From Laetmonice hystrix (taxonomy: Eukaryota): a stretch of 64,000 nt of DNA. A model generated the notes under the pieces. The model was not told the origin of the DNA. It was given only the letters and a program-made list of their open reading frames with translations, and did not search any database. Shown one piece after another: positions 1-13,788 of the stretch. The stretch is taken from contig OZ249439.1 in NCBI GenBank assembly GCA_965235115.1, positions 14,508,001 to 14,572,000 on the forward strand, written 5' to 3'. The stretch's first letter is position 1, and each line of letters begins with the position of its first letter. The position numbers and the translations under genes are program-made.

Positions 1-255
1 GCTGGACTACCAGCACGAACCATGAAGATACAATAGGTTTTGGGAAGGCTGAAACTCAAGTTAGCAGCGGTACCACATGGCTACACTGGCGCAAAGGGGA
101 ACAGAACCAACTGCTATAAGGTATCTTCCAAAACGGAATGATGCTAAAAAAGACGAATATTTAGTGGGGGAGGGGGTAACGGTTAGTATTTATATCGCCA
201 TTAAAATATCTTTAGCTTCCCTGCTGGCTTACAATAATGGCAACTAGAGCCTAAC

Positions 256-261
256 TTTATT
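256..261 (-). terminator. Possible polyadenylation signal of the receptor gene
   Basis: TTTATT on plus (AATAAA on minus) about 560 nt downstream of the stop; motif only. Confidence 0.25.
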
Positions 262-818
262 TTATGGGGTATGGGGTTGAAAGAGAGACGAAATGATTTC
301 GTCTTTTTTGGCTTCATTCTATTTTGAGATGATGCCTAACGTGCTATCAACAGCGATTGATCAGCCGGCCTAGACGCACTCAATAACGTTAAAAGAAAGG
401 GGTGGGGATTCAAGATTAAAGTCAAAGGTCATGCCCATGGTCTCCTTCCACTTCCGGGGCAAGTGACGCAGCAGCTTTGAGCAGTCATGTCGACAGTGAC
501 GTCCCTGACTTCCGGTCTTCCTCATGACCAACCGGCGTAGAAAACACCCACACTCTAAACTTACGATATAGAGACCTCTTAGAGACTGGAATTCATAACG
601 GTTTTGTCCCAAACCCCTACAGGTCCGTCCTTGTAATGCTTCATTCGTAGGTCTGACAACCCTGGCGCATAAACAAATAAATACGATATAAAAAGGCAGA
701 GGATTGCTGATTTGTGTAGGGACTGCGGTTGGGGCTGACACAGCACACTATAAGCTTTGAATGTTTCCCATCCTGCTCCGCGCACAGGCAAAGCTGTCCC
801 CGTACTTCCTGTTGACGT

Positions 819-1187
819 TCACTGCAGCAGGTAGAAGCACCAGTAACACGCATTGAAGACGATGAACAGTGAAGGGAACACCAGTCGTGAGTACTTATCG
901 ATCTTATTTACATCCTTAACGGTAGGAATTTTCGACCTAATTTCCTTGGCTTTCTTTTTCAAAGTTGTCAGTACCCGTTTTCGCTTTTGGATGCTATTCG
1001 CATTTTTGCGCCTTAGCAGTTGCGTGTGTCCGCCGCGTATGGGATAGGAGGCGCGAGGGATGGTGGTAGTCATGCGGAAGCTCGGAGTCACTTTCATACT
1101 TTCTTCGTTTTCGAAGTTAAAGTTCTGCCGATTTCTTAAACTTAATATCGGAGACATTCTCACATCCTGTAGTTCAATCGCCTCGTT
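819..1187 (-). CDS. Lcch3: Last coding exon: end of intracellular loop and M4 (NEAIELQ...IDKYSRLVFPSLFIVFNACYWCFYLLQ*)
   Basis: Pyrimidine tract plus CAG acceptor (tttcgttttccag|AAC), phase 0; TGA at 821-819; typical KDVNxIDKYSR-M4 ending. Confidence 0.95.
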   Translation of the reverse strand, partial: NEAIELQDVRMSPILSLRNRQNFNFENEESMKVTPSFRMTTTIPRASYPIRGGHTQLLRRKNANSIQKRKRVLTTLKKKAKEIRSKIPTVKDVNKIDKYSRLVFPSLFIVFNACYWCFYLLQ

Positions 1188-1698
1188 CTGGAAAACGAAA
1201 GATAGAGAAAGATGTGAAACTAGAAAATTCAATAAAAAGACAACAAACACATTATGTCCACATAGAATAACGTACCTAAAACCTTTAATAAACGTTTTTG
1301 TGTCAGCTCGGTATTCAGGCAATTGGTGGTAATTAGAAGTTGGTGCCTCTGTAACCACTCCCATCCGTGTTCTCCCAACTGTCCCAGTCAATGATACTAT
1401 GTCGCTGGACGTAAACATTGCGTGTCTGACTAATTTAATCAAAAGATTCCAAGCAGCACGAACGAAGTTTGTTGGCATATTAATTGCCATCGGCATGCTA
1501 TCTAATTGAAATCAAATTGAATTCTGGTATATAGCTTACGTTGATCCTATCGCGATAAGTCTTGGCTTTGGATACGGCTTGGACTTGTGCTTGTCGATAT
1601 ACTCTCTCAAGTATATAGCTCGGGTAATTATTATACATAGCATGTTGTTTAATTCACCCATTTTTATTGGCATCACTCCAGTGCAGTATGCGCGGTTC

Positions 1699-1853
1699 CA
1701 GTGACGTATCCAGGATGTGTCGGGGGTGGGGTGGGGTGGGGTAGGGAGGGGCTAAAAGATTGGTCGGGGGGGGGGTCCAAACGTTGCAAATGATCACATT
1801 TCCAAGAGGGGAGGGGGTGTCCGGGCAACTCAACCCCCCTGGATACACCACCA
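1699..1853. mobile_element. Degenerate G-run-rich MITE
   Basis: cagtgacgtatccagg ... cctggatacaccacca form imperfect TIRs; no clear TSD. Confidence 0.5.
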
Positions 1854-2456
1854 TCTTCCATGAAATTATTTAATCACTTCCGGAAACGATGGGTATAGGC
1901 CTACTGTGAAGTTAAGGACCACCAGAATGCGAATAAGGATAGGCGCTTTCCCAGGAGAATAGAAGGTCATATCAACTGGGGACCTAGTGTATATCACCCT
2001 GACGTCTCGGCCGGCCGATTTTCGGGTCGTTTGACTGGCTAGCGCACGCCTGAATCTACAGTTGAGTTTCTCATCTGGTCATTATCGTCTGCTCATAGGA
2101 TCCGCTTCTTTTAAAGGTATGGTAGCGCAATGGACGTGGCCAGGTACAAGGTCATACATAAACCTTGACCGGGAGGGGGGGGGGATGACAATATTTTTGG
2201 CAATGTGGGCTGTGTTAGCGGCTGTGGTTGATAACACTACAATCGAAGACGCTATTCTGGGAGGCCTAGAGGGCGGGAAACGCCTTTGGAACCATATTAC
2301 ATGAATGGTACGTGCTAACATAATATATATATAGACTGTGTAAAGATATGGGTCCGTAAACTAAAGGAAATAGTGACTGCAAGCTGACCTCTCTTCCAGA
2401 GTACGTCAAATATAGGCGTGTTTTTCTGGTGACAACGCACCGAGCGTTTGGCTTAC

Positions 2457-2689
2457 CTGGAATTCTGTATCGTCATTATTTTTCCTGGCCTCTTTCATTC
2501 GCTTGGCTTTCCGTTTGGCTCGTGCCCCCCAGTAGGTATAATTAACTGCCGCATACTCGAGCAGCGCGGCGAACACAAAGACAAAACACATGACTAGGTA
2601 GATATCAATGGCCTTGACGTAACTGATGCGAGGCAGGGATGATCGTACTCCAGTACTGATGGTTGTCATGGTGAGCACGGTGGTGATAC
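2457..2689 (-). CDS. Lcch3: Exon: M2-M3 and start of intracellular loop ([10 protein letters not shown]...NNDDTEFQ)
   Basis: Acceptor cgtcag|GTATC (phase 1); donor CAG|gtaagc (phase 0); 233 bp. Confidence 0.97.
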
Positions 2690-3454
2690 CTGACGGGCAG
2701 AACACGGATCACGTGAAGGACACGTTCAGGTAAAAACCAACAAGCTACAAGGTTAAAAACCTCACAGGTAAACTCATCGCTAGTGATATACACAGAAATA
2801 ACCATGGTATTGCAAACAAATACATTCAAAAACTACAAGATCTAAATTTCCGACATACTTATAATGTTCATGTATTACTTGCATTAATATTTTAGATCCC
2901 ATCGCGACTGTAACTATGAGAATCCATTTATACGTCATCCATGTGCTGTTACCAGAGTGGGATGTATCATGTACCACGATTCCCAATGCCACCATCTACT
3001 ATCAAATTTCTCCATTATACGCGGCAGTCACCTAAGCATGCTGTCCAAACTGTTATGCCACCTGCTGATGGGTGCATTACTTTACGTATCAGTCTACAGG
3101 TATGAAAGCTTGTATTTCTGCAGCCCGACAGTGAAAGCTGGGTCGATATTTTAATTGGCCGCCGGTGAATCATGCGAGTAGTGCTTTATAGCTAGTGAAA
3201 AGCTTCAATGAATGCACAATGGCACGATGCACATGGCGTGGATTTGTTGGCGGGGCTTTGGCGCGCCAAGCTGTGCTTATGAAGAACTATAAAAGCCTTA
3301 GAACATGATTCATCATGCTCCGGAGTTTAAGAGAGCGAATCAACAATGCAACCATGTGGTTATGAAAATAGGGAAAATTATGAGGAATATGTGCTTCTAT
3401 CCTGATGAGAGAAATAGTTGTTTTTAAAGTAAATTATAAGGATGTTTCACTCAC

Positions 3455-3607
3455 CTAACGCAACTCTGGCTGACGTTGCTTCATGGTTTATCCAAAACGA
3501 TACCCATGATAGCATCACAATGAGTATGGAAGGCAAGTAGGTTTGGAATATAAAATACCCTATGTTTCTCTGAAGTTTGAAGCTTAGCGACAGGCGCTGA
3601 TAACTTC
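3455..3607 (-). CDS. Lcch3: Exon: loop C end, M1 and start of M2 ([52 protein letters not shown])
   Basis: Not in the ORF track; translated by hand. Acceptor ctctttcag|GAAG, donor TTAG|gtgagt; 153 bp, the usual size of this GABA-A exon. Confidence 0.97.
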
Positions 3608-3927
3608 CTGAAAGAGATGAAAAGGAAAGTCAGTTGATCATCAAAATGACAGCTTACTCCATGCAATGGATACAATACGTGAAGTGAGCAGATATGGGAG
3701 ACAGAAAACTGCAATCAGAGCATCGTTTGGTGGAATCTGGGCGGGGAACGTAGGCCAATGACGTGATAGCTCGGTCACTGCAGGTATACTATAGGTGGGG
3801 TGTAGGCCTATTCGTTAGTTGGGACTGTGTAGGTGCATTTTGGGAATGTTTCAGGGTGGTATCCTTACATATATGATATACTTTTATAATCGACGCTCTG
3901 TACTGAAAACTGGTAAGCTACATCCAC

Positions 3928-4157
3928 CAGGCATGGATCCAGGATTTTATTTAAAGAATAGGCATTCAATAACACCAATCTCGAAATTCTTACTTGAAAT
4001 AACAAGAGTTATTGGCACCAAAGGAACATCATTTATTCAAGCAGCCAAATAATGTAACATGGTCACATTATAATGCCGCGGTTTTTGAATTGAAAAAAAG
4101 CTCGGCCAACTAAAGCGGGGCACGTTCCCCCTGTGCGCCCCCCAGGATCCATGCCTG
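3928..4157. mobile_element. MITE, 230 bp, with 13-bp perfect TIR (caggcatggatcc) and 7-bp flanking duplication (catccac)
   Basis: TIRs at both ends; catccac at 3921-3927 and 4158-4164; no coding capacity. Confidence 0.8.
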
Positions 4158-6997
4158 CATCCACCAACAGCCATCTACCCCTCGAAGAAAATAGCGATAA
4201 AGTCAATATGCATCATACATGTTAGTGTCGCTCACGTATTAAAAACGCACAATACCATTAGAGTCATTCCGTTCAAGTCCTATAAAGATATGCCATGTGC
4301 CAGCGACTACGTGGAAGGACAAGGGGCGGGGGACCTTCTACATGAGAGGCGCTATAGGGGCAGGCAATGATGGGCGCCCGGCGGCGTCCAACGGCCAGCT
4401 GACCTACTTACCCGGGTTTACCTTACCAGGGGGCGCTGTCATCGGTCTTTCAACTGGGACTGAACGGCACCATAAAACACACCTTGTAATATCACGTCAA
4501 ACCTATCCCAGTACCTCTAATCATTTCATTATTGTAATGTGCTATCCACCAGAACTCATATAACCAACTGTCTGCAGCAATCCAGTAGTCTCCAAACTCA
4601 ATTGACAAAAAGAATAGATGTTTAAAGACGTAATTCACTGTCCTATTAGTGAGTCTGTGTCTTGTGGAGAGTTGGATTAAAATATAATTAATATCAATCC
4701 CACCACTGCTAAACGAGGTTTACATAGAAATGGCACTCTTCCTGTTTTCGTCCCACTTCAATAAGTACGATAGGGAATATATGATTGCACGCCCGAGCCA
4801 CAATGAAGGAAATTATGTGTTATAATGTTTTGTAATATAATTTATGTCATATTACAAGAGTCGTCAGGCAGAGATGGTGACTATATCTTTTTTGCGGCAT
4901 GGTGGGATAAGAGGAGGGAGAGCTGTCAATTTAGAAGATTACGCAGGATATGATCAATCAACATAGCTGTCTATCGTCTTCCTGCCTGGACGACATATTC
5001 AGGGTGACCAGAGAGTTCCGGATTATTAGAATAGAAATAGGACATAGAAGATGCTCCGGAGGGGGGTCTTCAATTTGACTTCATTTGCCATGATAGAAAC
5101 CGGCGAATAACCGTACAAACCAGATACTCTGGACAGGTAGCTCTGGGCTTCGGGCAAATTTGGATGTCAGAAATCGTAATATCAGCCGCTGGCATTAACG
5201 ACCCGTCTCGTGGGAAGTTGATACAGTAAGCCAATGTATGGTGATTGTACTTGGACGAAACCACGTGAATCTGAACGTATCCAGTTAACAGGAAATATTC
5301 ATATGAACTACGGTCAGGGTTAGATTTGTGTTAATGTTTTAACACAGGATATTCCCCCCGAGATACCTTCATGAAACACAACCAGAATATGATGAGGATA
5401 CATCCATGGCGTCAATAATTCGTGCCAACTTAAGGCTCATGACGACCACTGCAATGTTGGACTCGAGACTGTTCTATTGTTTTGAACTAAAGGGTTCGAA
5501 ATACAACCGTCCCCTAATTTCTACCCTGAAGAATTTCTAAGTATACTTGTCCAATAAGTCAGGCTCATGCTTCGTTCTGGTCAGTCTGCTCATGTGCCAG
5601 AAATGTAACCTCCAGCCACCGAATTAATAACTGAAGGCAGGAAGAAAAAGGCCTGGTGTGTGTCTCGATCGGTGTCCTTCTCACACCCGATCCGTACATT
5701 TCAACTCGAGAAAAAAATAAAAAAATGAACACACACAATGAAATGGAGATGTCCCACTAGAAGAGCGTATCAACGAGACCAGAACTTTAAGAAAATTGAA
5801 ATCTTACCTTTTTTCAAAAACTTTTGCGAAAACGGCACCTTGGGTTCGGTAGACCGTACCATCTTCGCTAAAAATGCAAAGACCGATAAACAAACTGAGA
5901 CATCTTGTTGACTGTTGGTACTTTCAATATTGTCCACAATAATTTCCACTGGCGACACTGGTTCGAACTAAAGTCCAGCGTCATTGTGTGGCTCCCATCT
6001 GATGAAACCACGTTCAAGTCGTGCAGTTACATATTGACATGTTCCTTACACTGGTTTACAATCTCGGTATCTCTCCAAAACTCCTATTGTTGTTGTCTTA
6101 ATGAAATGTGCAGTGATATTTCCGACGTGGGCCTGTGCCGTATCGACTCACTACAATAATTTTTGCCTCAGCAAATCGATCCATTAGAAAATCCTGAGGG
6201 AGATCATATTAAGTTTGGTTGGTAAATAAGGAATTCCGACAGTACACTAAATGGTATCACTGTCCAGAATTTTGTCCAGAGCTGAACCCACGAAAACGCA
6301 AGGGGAATACGCCCGCAGGCTGCACACCACACCAATACATGACCACAGTATGGCTTCATTTCTTCGTAATCAAAATCATATGATGTTAATGGACTAAAGT
6401 CGTTATCTAAACTGGCCTCTGACCCTGATTTATCTAAAGTGGCCACTGGCGAGTCTGTCCCTGAGATTCCTTCCGGGTTATGCCTATATAAAGTTGGGTC
6501 GAGGACGCACATTCTTTCTATAACCTTTCTCCTAGAGCATACAACCAGATAATAATCAACTACAGACTGAAGCGTCATCACGTGTATACAAGAAGTCGCG
6601 AGCGCGATGCTTCGTCTTTCGGTGGATCACCACCCTTTTTAGATTATTATACGCCTACGATTACGTCGAGTGTTTGCCCCCGTGTGGAGAACAATAATAA
6701 TCTTCACCCAAAGATAACAAAAACTTTAGTCCCATAGAGTCGCCATGGTTGCTGCCGTACACGGCCCAGAATGGTGGAGGATGTCTCAGTTTGTTCCCGG
6801 GTCTATGCAGTTAGCTGGCGGTGCTTTTAAAGTACACTCCGTGCGTCGGGCATGCGCTATACATCAACGTTATTCCCGCATTTTGAATATATCTACTTAA
6901 GGTTGAGAGGAGGTGGGGTGCCTCAAGGGGGCCCCATTGAGTAGTCGTGGGTCAGGGGGTGGACGGACGGATGGGGCGTACGTCTGTGCCAACAAAC

Positions 6998-7141
6998 CTG
7001 TCGCTAAGTTTTCTACGGTTGATATTGTTCGGTACTCGACAATGGTAAACTGTGGGATTTCGACGTCCTCCACGCCGTGAACAGCATCGGCCGGCTTGAT
7101 GCCCTTCCACTTCATGATGACGTCCTGCATGGGGTAACCAT
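6998..7141 (-). CDS. Lcch3: Exon: loop B to loop C (YGYPMQDVIMKWKG...TVENLATG)
   Basis: Acceptor gtttcag|ATGG, donor ACAG|gtttgt; phase 1/1; 144 bp. Confidence 0.95.
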
Positions 7142-7417
7142 CTGAAACGGAGAGTGCCGTCCTCTGGTATCACAGGAAACGGAAACCATACGACCACACT
7201 TCCTATAACAAGCGTTGAGAGTTGGCGCGGTCACACATATTATATGATCTCGTGTGGTTTTACTCTGGATATATAATAGTATACTGATACATGAAAGATT
7301 ACAGTTTTGTAAGACTGTAATAGCTGAATACGACGGTCAATGAGACTCAAAATTATACATAATTCAGATTTACAGTGGCCTAAAACTGGGAGGTGAGGGT
7401 ATAAATTCAGAACTTAC

Positions 7418-7500
7418 AGCTTTCTATTTCAACCGTGCAGTTCTGTACATCCAGCGGATAGTAGTGCAGATCCATCATGCAGGCCAACGTTGTGGTGAAC
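7418..7500 (-). CDS. Lcch3: Exon: Cys-loop ([28 protein letters not shown])
   Basis: Acceptor tttgtcag|GTTC, donor AGCT|gtaagt; 83 bp, the usual size of the Cys-loop exon. Confidence 0.97.
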
Positions 7501-9209
7501 CTGACAAACACAGAAGAAACCTTCGTCTTAGTCTGTACTTAGCTAATAAAGTCTGGATTAGCTAATAAAAACCACATCGTTAGAGAACATAGGCGAGAGG
7601 CAGGCGGATCAACAGTCACACATATAAGATATCTTTAGTATAGATATCTTTTCGGTTATTCCAAGAGATACTCATTTCTCTTGGCTATTTCTCCTGTAAG
7701 TTTGGTAGGCATTGCCATGCAACCAATCAGTGTTATAACCAATTAACCAATCATTAGGCGGGCCTAATTAAGCAGTGAGCTGTTAGCTTTGATTCCATCT
7801 CGAGTTGCTCGGGTATTGAACCGAGTGCGCGCCGGAATGCTGGCCCATGTTAGTCGACGAACCAATTGGTGGGATGTGACGACATTGGTAAGACCGTCAG
7901 CAGAACACGGGTATTGATCAGGTAATGACTGGCGCCTGCGGGGGACTATCGGTGGGTGGGCGTTATCAGGTATGACAGTGGTAACCAGCCCGATATGGCT
8001 CGTTAAAGGAACCCACCCCTGCCTCCCACCCCTCATACACATGACCCACTCAGCTAACTAGCCGACCTCGACGCACGATTGCGGGGGCGCTACTGCCTAA
8101 TAACATTTCTATCAGTCGCTCTATCTCATTCACAATTTACGACTGCTTAAGGAAGAAACAAAAAAGAGAAAAATGAAACGGGAAATCGAATTTCCTTATT
8201 AGATTTTCTAACACGATAGAGAATCAGCCGTGGTGTCTGTGCATGCGTGGCATCTATACTATGATGTCTTTTATTGTTTGCAATTATATAATGTTTTATC
8301 AAAATAAATGTAATGAAAGACCTAGCTCTTTCTAATGCGAATTCTGACAGTTATTGTTCAATATGTAATAATATTGCTTTAATATTGCACGAGGTAGAGA
8401 CCCCGTATGTAGTCAAATTGTAAATGTAGTATACTCTAACCAAGGATTACTCTCTATAATCCTTGCTCTAACTGCGAGCCGGTAACTTTGGCTGTGTCTA
8501 GAGTTTGCTACGTTAATAGACCTGTCGTAATTCTGCCATCAAAATATTCAGATGGACGAATGTCGGTCATAGTTCATTGTGATTGGTAACAATACATTCC
8601 AGAATTAAATGGGAATACTTGGATGCAATGGTCATTAATATTGCAAATGACACGAAAGTCACATTATGGTTATTGTGACCGCCTGGGCAGCAGATGAAAC
8701 GCCGCGGCCCTAAACAATACTTCGAAAAAAAAACAATGTTGGGGTTTTACATAAAAATCAATTTAGAAGAAGGCATTTTGGGGAGCATTCTGTGATTGAA
8801 GACCGTATTGTTTATTCTACGTATTGGAAATTCGAGCAATTTTGTTAAATCTATTCTTCAACAAGTCATGCCTACCTCTACTCCGCCAAAGCCTTTGTTC
8901 ATGTAAAAATCATTTTGAGTAATCACATTCTCTTCGTACAAAATCGATATTATAGTGGTCCGTCAGGGTCTATTCATGAATCGTGGATTGTCAATAAATG
9001 ACGTTTGTTTGTCCAATGGACTGTGGAAGCAGCAGCTGGTCGAAAGATGGAACTATTGTGTGAAATTGTTCCTACAAAGGTCTTTGTTCCGTTTTATCAT
9101 TGTCAGCGTAAGCTTTTGGTTGTTTTAAATAGGTTCTGGGGTTTCTCTGCCAAGCGTTAAGTGGTTCTGTATGCTTGTGTCACTCACCACCTCATTCAAT
9201 TTATAGTCT

Positions 9210-9760
9210 TTCTCGTTCTGTCAATGACGCTGCAAAAGTTAGGTTGCTCTACTCGTTCTGTCATTACACCGCAAACATTGGGTAGTTCTCGTTCTGTCAT
9301 TACACCGCAAACATTGGGTAGTTCTTCACGTTCTGTCATTACACCACAAACATTGGGTAGTTCTCGTTCTGTCATTACACCGCAAACATTGGGTAGTTCT
9401 CGTTCTGTCATTACACCGCAAACATTGGGTAGTTCTCGTTCTGTCATTGACACCTCAAACATTGGGTAGTTCTTCCCGTTCTGTCATTGACACCGCAAAC
9501 ATTGGGTAGTTCTTCCCGTTCTGCCATTGACACCTCAAACATTGGGTAGTTCTTCCCGTTCTGTCATTGACACCAAAAACGTTGAGTGGTTCCTCTCGTT
9601 CTGTCATTGACACCGCAAACATTGGGTAGTTCTTCACGTTCTGTCATTGACACCTCAAACATTGGGTAGTTCTTCCCGTTCTGTCATTGACACCAAAAAC
9701 GTTGAGTGGTTCCTCTCGTTCTGTCACTTACACCGCAAACGTTGGGTGGTTCGTTTTGGC
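9210..9760. repeat. Minisatellite, 36-40-bp unit (gttctcgttctgtcattacaccgcaaacattgggta), about 14 copies
   Basis: Direct reading; includes a roughly 120-bp trimer duplication (9537 / 9657). Confidence 0.92.
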
Positions 9761-10456
9761 ATTATCTCTTCAAACACTGGGTATAGTCTGAACGTTCTGT
9801 CATATCACTATATAAATTGATGTTATTTATTTCTTGTCACCACAACCGTTCAGTGGTTTAGTGTGGAGCCTGTTGAGCAGAGCAACTGCCTGCAGCCACC
9901 ACCGATACGCCTTCAAACACTGCGCACTGGAATTTCGACATACGAGGCGTACAATTACAACCGGCTAACAGGGACCATTGCACGATGTCTGGAAGTACCC
10001 GCCTAGAATTATATCCGTTCGGTTTCAGACTGATAGCCCGCTGCGGCTCGTTCGGGCACGGCTTGTCCAAACACATTAGGTCGGTAACTGGATTCGTCCG
10101 ACCGTAAAGCAGCAAGCGAGAAAAATGGGGATACATGTATATATAGGGCTGATAACTTGAAGGCGTTGGCCTACGTTCAGACGCAGAGATCTCAACACTT
10201 CAGACATTATAATAATTATTTGACTTTTATTTAACATGAGGGATCACAGTGTCATAGATTATCTTTCATAGAAAACTTAGATAATTAAAATGGGACATAA
10301 TACTATTATGGTCAATTTTTCGCTCAACTTTGGTTCCAAATACATACATACAAAGAGACCTGGAGGAGGAAAGAAATATATGACGTATATGTGAATATAA
10401 ATATAGATAGAAGAGATATACTCCATCACAAAGTATATACGGCCTTGTTGTGCTCA

Positions 10457-13400
10457 TCACAGAATATCTGTATGGCCTGGTGGTGCAAGGTGCCAGTGTG
10501 GTGACGTAGGCCGACCGACCACCACTCACAGAGTATCCATGGTCTGGTGGTGCAGGGTGGTGCCAGTGTGGTGACGTAGGCCGACCGACCACCACTCACA
10601 GAGTATCCATGGTCTGGTGGTGCAAGGTGCCAGTGTGGTGACGTAGGCCGACCGACCACCACTCACAGAATATCCGTATGGCCTGGTGGTGCAAGGTGCC
10701 AGTGTGGTGACGTAGGCCGACCGACCACCACTCACAGAGTATCCTTATGGTCTGGTGGTGCAAGGTGTCAGTGTGGTGACGTAGGCCGACCGACCACCAC
10801 TCACAGAGTATCCATGGTCTGGTGGTGCAAGGTGCCAGTGTGGTGACGTAGGCCGACCGACCACCACTCACAGAGTATCCATGGTCTGGTGGTGCAAGGT
10901 GCCAGTGTGGTGACGTAGGCCGACCGACCACCACTCACAGAATATCCGTATGGCCTGGTGGTGCAAGGTGCCAGTGTGGTGACGTAGGCCGACCGACCAC
11001 CACTCACAGAGTATCCATTGTCTGGTGGTGCAAGGTGGTGCCAGTGTGGTGACGTAGGCCGACCGACCACCACTCACAGAGTATCCATGGTCTGGTGGTG
11101 CAAGGTGCCAGTGTGGTGACGTAGGCCGACCGACCACCACTCACAGAGTATCCATGGTCTGGTGGTGCAAGGTGCCAGTGTGGTGACGTAGGCCGACCGA
11201 CCACCACTCACAGAGTATCCTTATGGTCTGGTGGTGCAAGGTGCCAGTGTGGTGACGTAGGCCGACCGACCACCACTCACAGAGTATCCTTATGGTCTGG
11301 TGGTGCAAGGTGCCCGTGTGGTGACGTAGGCCGACCGACCACCACTCACAGAGTATCCATGGTCTGGTGGTGCAAGGTGCCAGTGTGGTGACGTAGGCCG
11401 ACCGACCACCACTCACAGAGTATCCATGGCCTGGTGGTGCAAGGTGCCAGTGTGGTGACGTAGGCCGACCGACCACCACTCATAGAGTATCCGTATGCCC
11501 TGGTGGTGAAAGGGGGCCAGTGTGGTGACGTAGGCCGACCGACCACCACTCACAGAGTATCCATGGTCTGGTGGTGCAAGGTGCCAGTGTGGTGACGTAG
11601 GCCGACCGACCACCACTCACAGAGTATCCTTATGGTCTGGTGGTGCAAGGTGCCAGTGTGGTGACGTAGGCCGACCGACCACCACTCACAGAGTATCCAT
11701 GGTCTTGTGGTGCAAGGTGCCAGTGTGGTGAAGTAGGCCGACCGACCACCACTCATAGAGTATCCTTATGGTCTGGTGGTGCAAGGTGGTGCCAGTGTGG
11801 TGACATAGGCTGACCGACCACCACTCACAGAGTATCCATGGTCTGGTGGTGCAAGGTGCCAGTGTGGTGACGTAGGCCGACCGACCACCACTCACAGAGT
11901 ATCCATGGTCTGGTGGTGCAAGGTGGTGCCAGTGTGGTGACGTAGGCCGACCGACCACCACTCACAGAGTATCCTTATGGTCTGGTGGTGCAAGGTGCCC
12001 GTGTGGTGACGTAGGCCGACCGACCACCACTCACAGAGTATCCTTATGGCCTGGTGGTGCAAGGTGCCAGTGTGGTGACGTAGGCCGACCGACCACCACT
12101 CACAGAGTATCCTTATGGCCTGGTGGTGCCAGTGTGGTGACGTAGGCCGACCGACCACCACTCACAGAGTATCCATTGTCTGGTGGTGCAAGGTGCCAGT
12201 GTGGTGACGTAGGCCGACCGACCACCACTCACAGAGTATCCATGGTCTGGTGGTGCAGGGTGCCAGTGTGGTGACGTAGGCCGACCGACCACCACTCACA
12301 GAGTATCCTTATGGCCTGGTGGTGCAAGGTGCCAGTGTGGTGAAGTAGGCCGACCGACCACCACTCACAGAACATCCTTATGGTCTGGTGGTGCAAGGTG
12401 CCAGTGTGGTGACGTAGGCCGACCGAGCACCACTCACAGAGTATCCATGGTCTGGTGGTGCAAGGTGCCAGTGTGGTGACGTAGGCCGACCGACCACCAC
12501 TCACAGAGTATCCATGGTCTGGTGGTGCAAGGTGCCAGTGTGGTGACGTAGGCCGACCGACCACCACTCACAGAGTATCCATGGTCTGGTGGTGCAAGGT
12601 GCCAGTGTGGTGATGTAGGCCGACCGACCACCACTCACAGAGTATCCGTATGGTCTGGTGGTGCAAGGTGCCAGTGTGGTGACGTAGGCCGACCGACAAC
12701 CACTCACAGAGTATCCATGGTCTGGTGGTGCAAGGTGCCAGTGTGGTGACGTAGGCCGACCGACCACTACTCACAGAGTATCCATGGTCTGGTGGTGCAA
12801 GGTGCCAGTGTGGTGACGTAGGCCGACCGACCACCACTCACAGAGTATCCATGGTCTGGTGGTGCAAGGTGCCAGTGTGGTGACGTAGGCCGACCGACCA
12901 CCACTCACAGAGTATCCGTATGGTCTGGTGGTGCAAGGTGCCAGTGTGGTGACGTAGGCCGACCGACCACCACTCACAGAGTATCCGTATGGTCTGGTGG
13001 TGCAAGGTGCCAGTGTGGTGACGTAGGCCGACCGACCACCACTCACAGAGTATCCGTATGGCCTGGTGGTGCAAGGTGCCAGTGTGGTGACGTAGGCCGA
13101 CCGACCACCACTCACAGAGTATCCGTATGGCCTGGTGGTGCAAGGTGCCAGTGTGGTGACGTAGGCCGACCGAGCACCACTCACAGAGTATCCATGGTCT
13201 GGTGGTGCAAGGTGCCAGTGTGGTGACGTAGGCCGACCGAGCACCACTCACAGAGTATCCATGGTCTGGTGGTGCAAGGTGCCAGTGTGGTGACGTAGGC
13301 CGACCGACCACCACTCACAGAGTATCCATGGTCTGGTGGTGCAAGGTGCCAGTGTGGTGACGTAGGCCGACCGAGCACCACTCACAGAGTATCCATGGTC

Positions 13401-13788
13401 TGGTGGTGCAAGGTGCCAGTGTGGTGACGTAGGCCGACCGACCACCACTCACAGAGTATCCGTATGGCCTGGTGGTGCAAGGTGCCAGTGTGGTGACGTA
13501 GGCCGACCGACCACCACTCACAGAGTATCCATGGTCTGGTGGTGCAAGGTGCCAGTGTGGTGACGTAGGCCGACCGACCACCACTCACAGAGTATCCATG
13601 GTCTGGTGGTGCAAGGTGCCAGTGTGGTGACGTAGGCCGACCGACCACCACTCACAGAGTATCCATGGTCTGGTGGTGCAAGGTGCCAGTGTGGTGACGT
13701 AGGCCGACCGACCACCACTCACAGAGTATCCATGGTCTGGTGGTGCAAGGCGCCAGTGTGGTTACGTAGGCCGACCGAACACCACTCT
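10457..13788. repeat. Tandem array, 67-bp unit with 70-bp variants, about 49 copies
   Basis: Unit ggtctggtggtgcaaggtgccagtgtggtgacgtaggccgaccgaccaccactcacagagtatccat; variants add 3 nt. Confidence 0.97.

Noticed and set aside
1188-1496. Reading frame stays open for 103 codons upstream of the last exon's acceptor
   Set aside because: No YAG acceptor in phase 0. The visible acceptor and donor pair is phase 2/2 in this frame and hits a stop when placed in the phase-0 intron. Retention of the intron stops after 16 codons.
5930-6581. 125-aa minus-strand ORF with an adjacent chromodomain-like phrase
   Set aside because: No recognisable domain, interrupted frames, no splice support.
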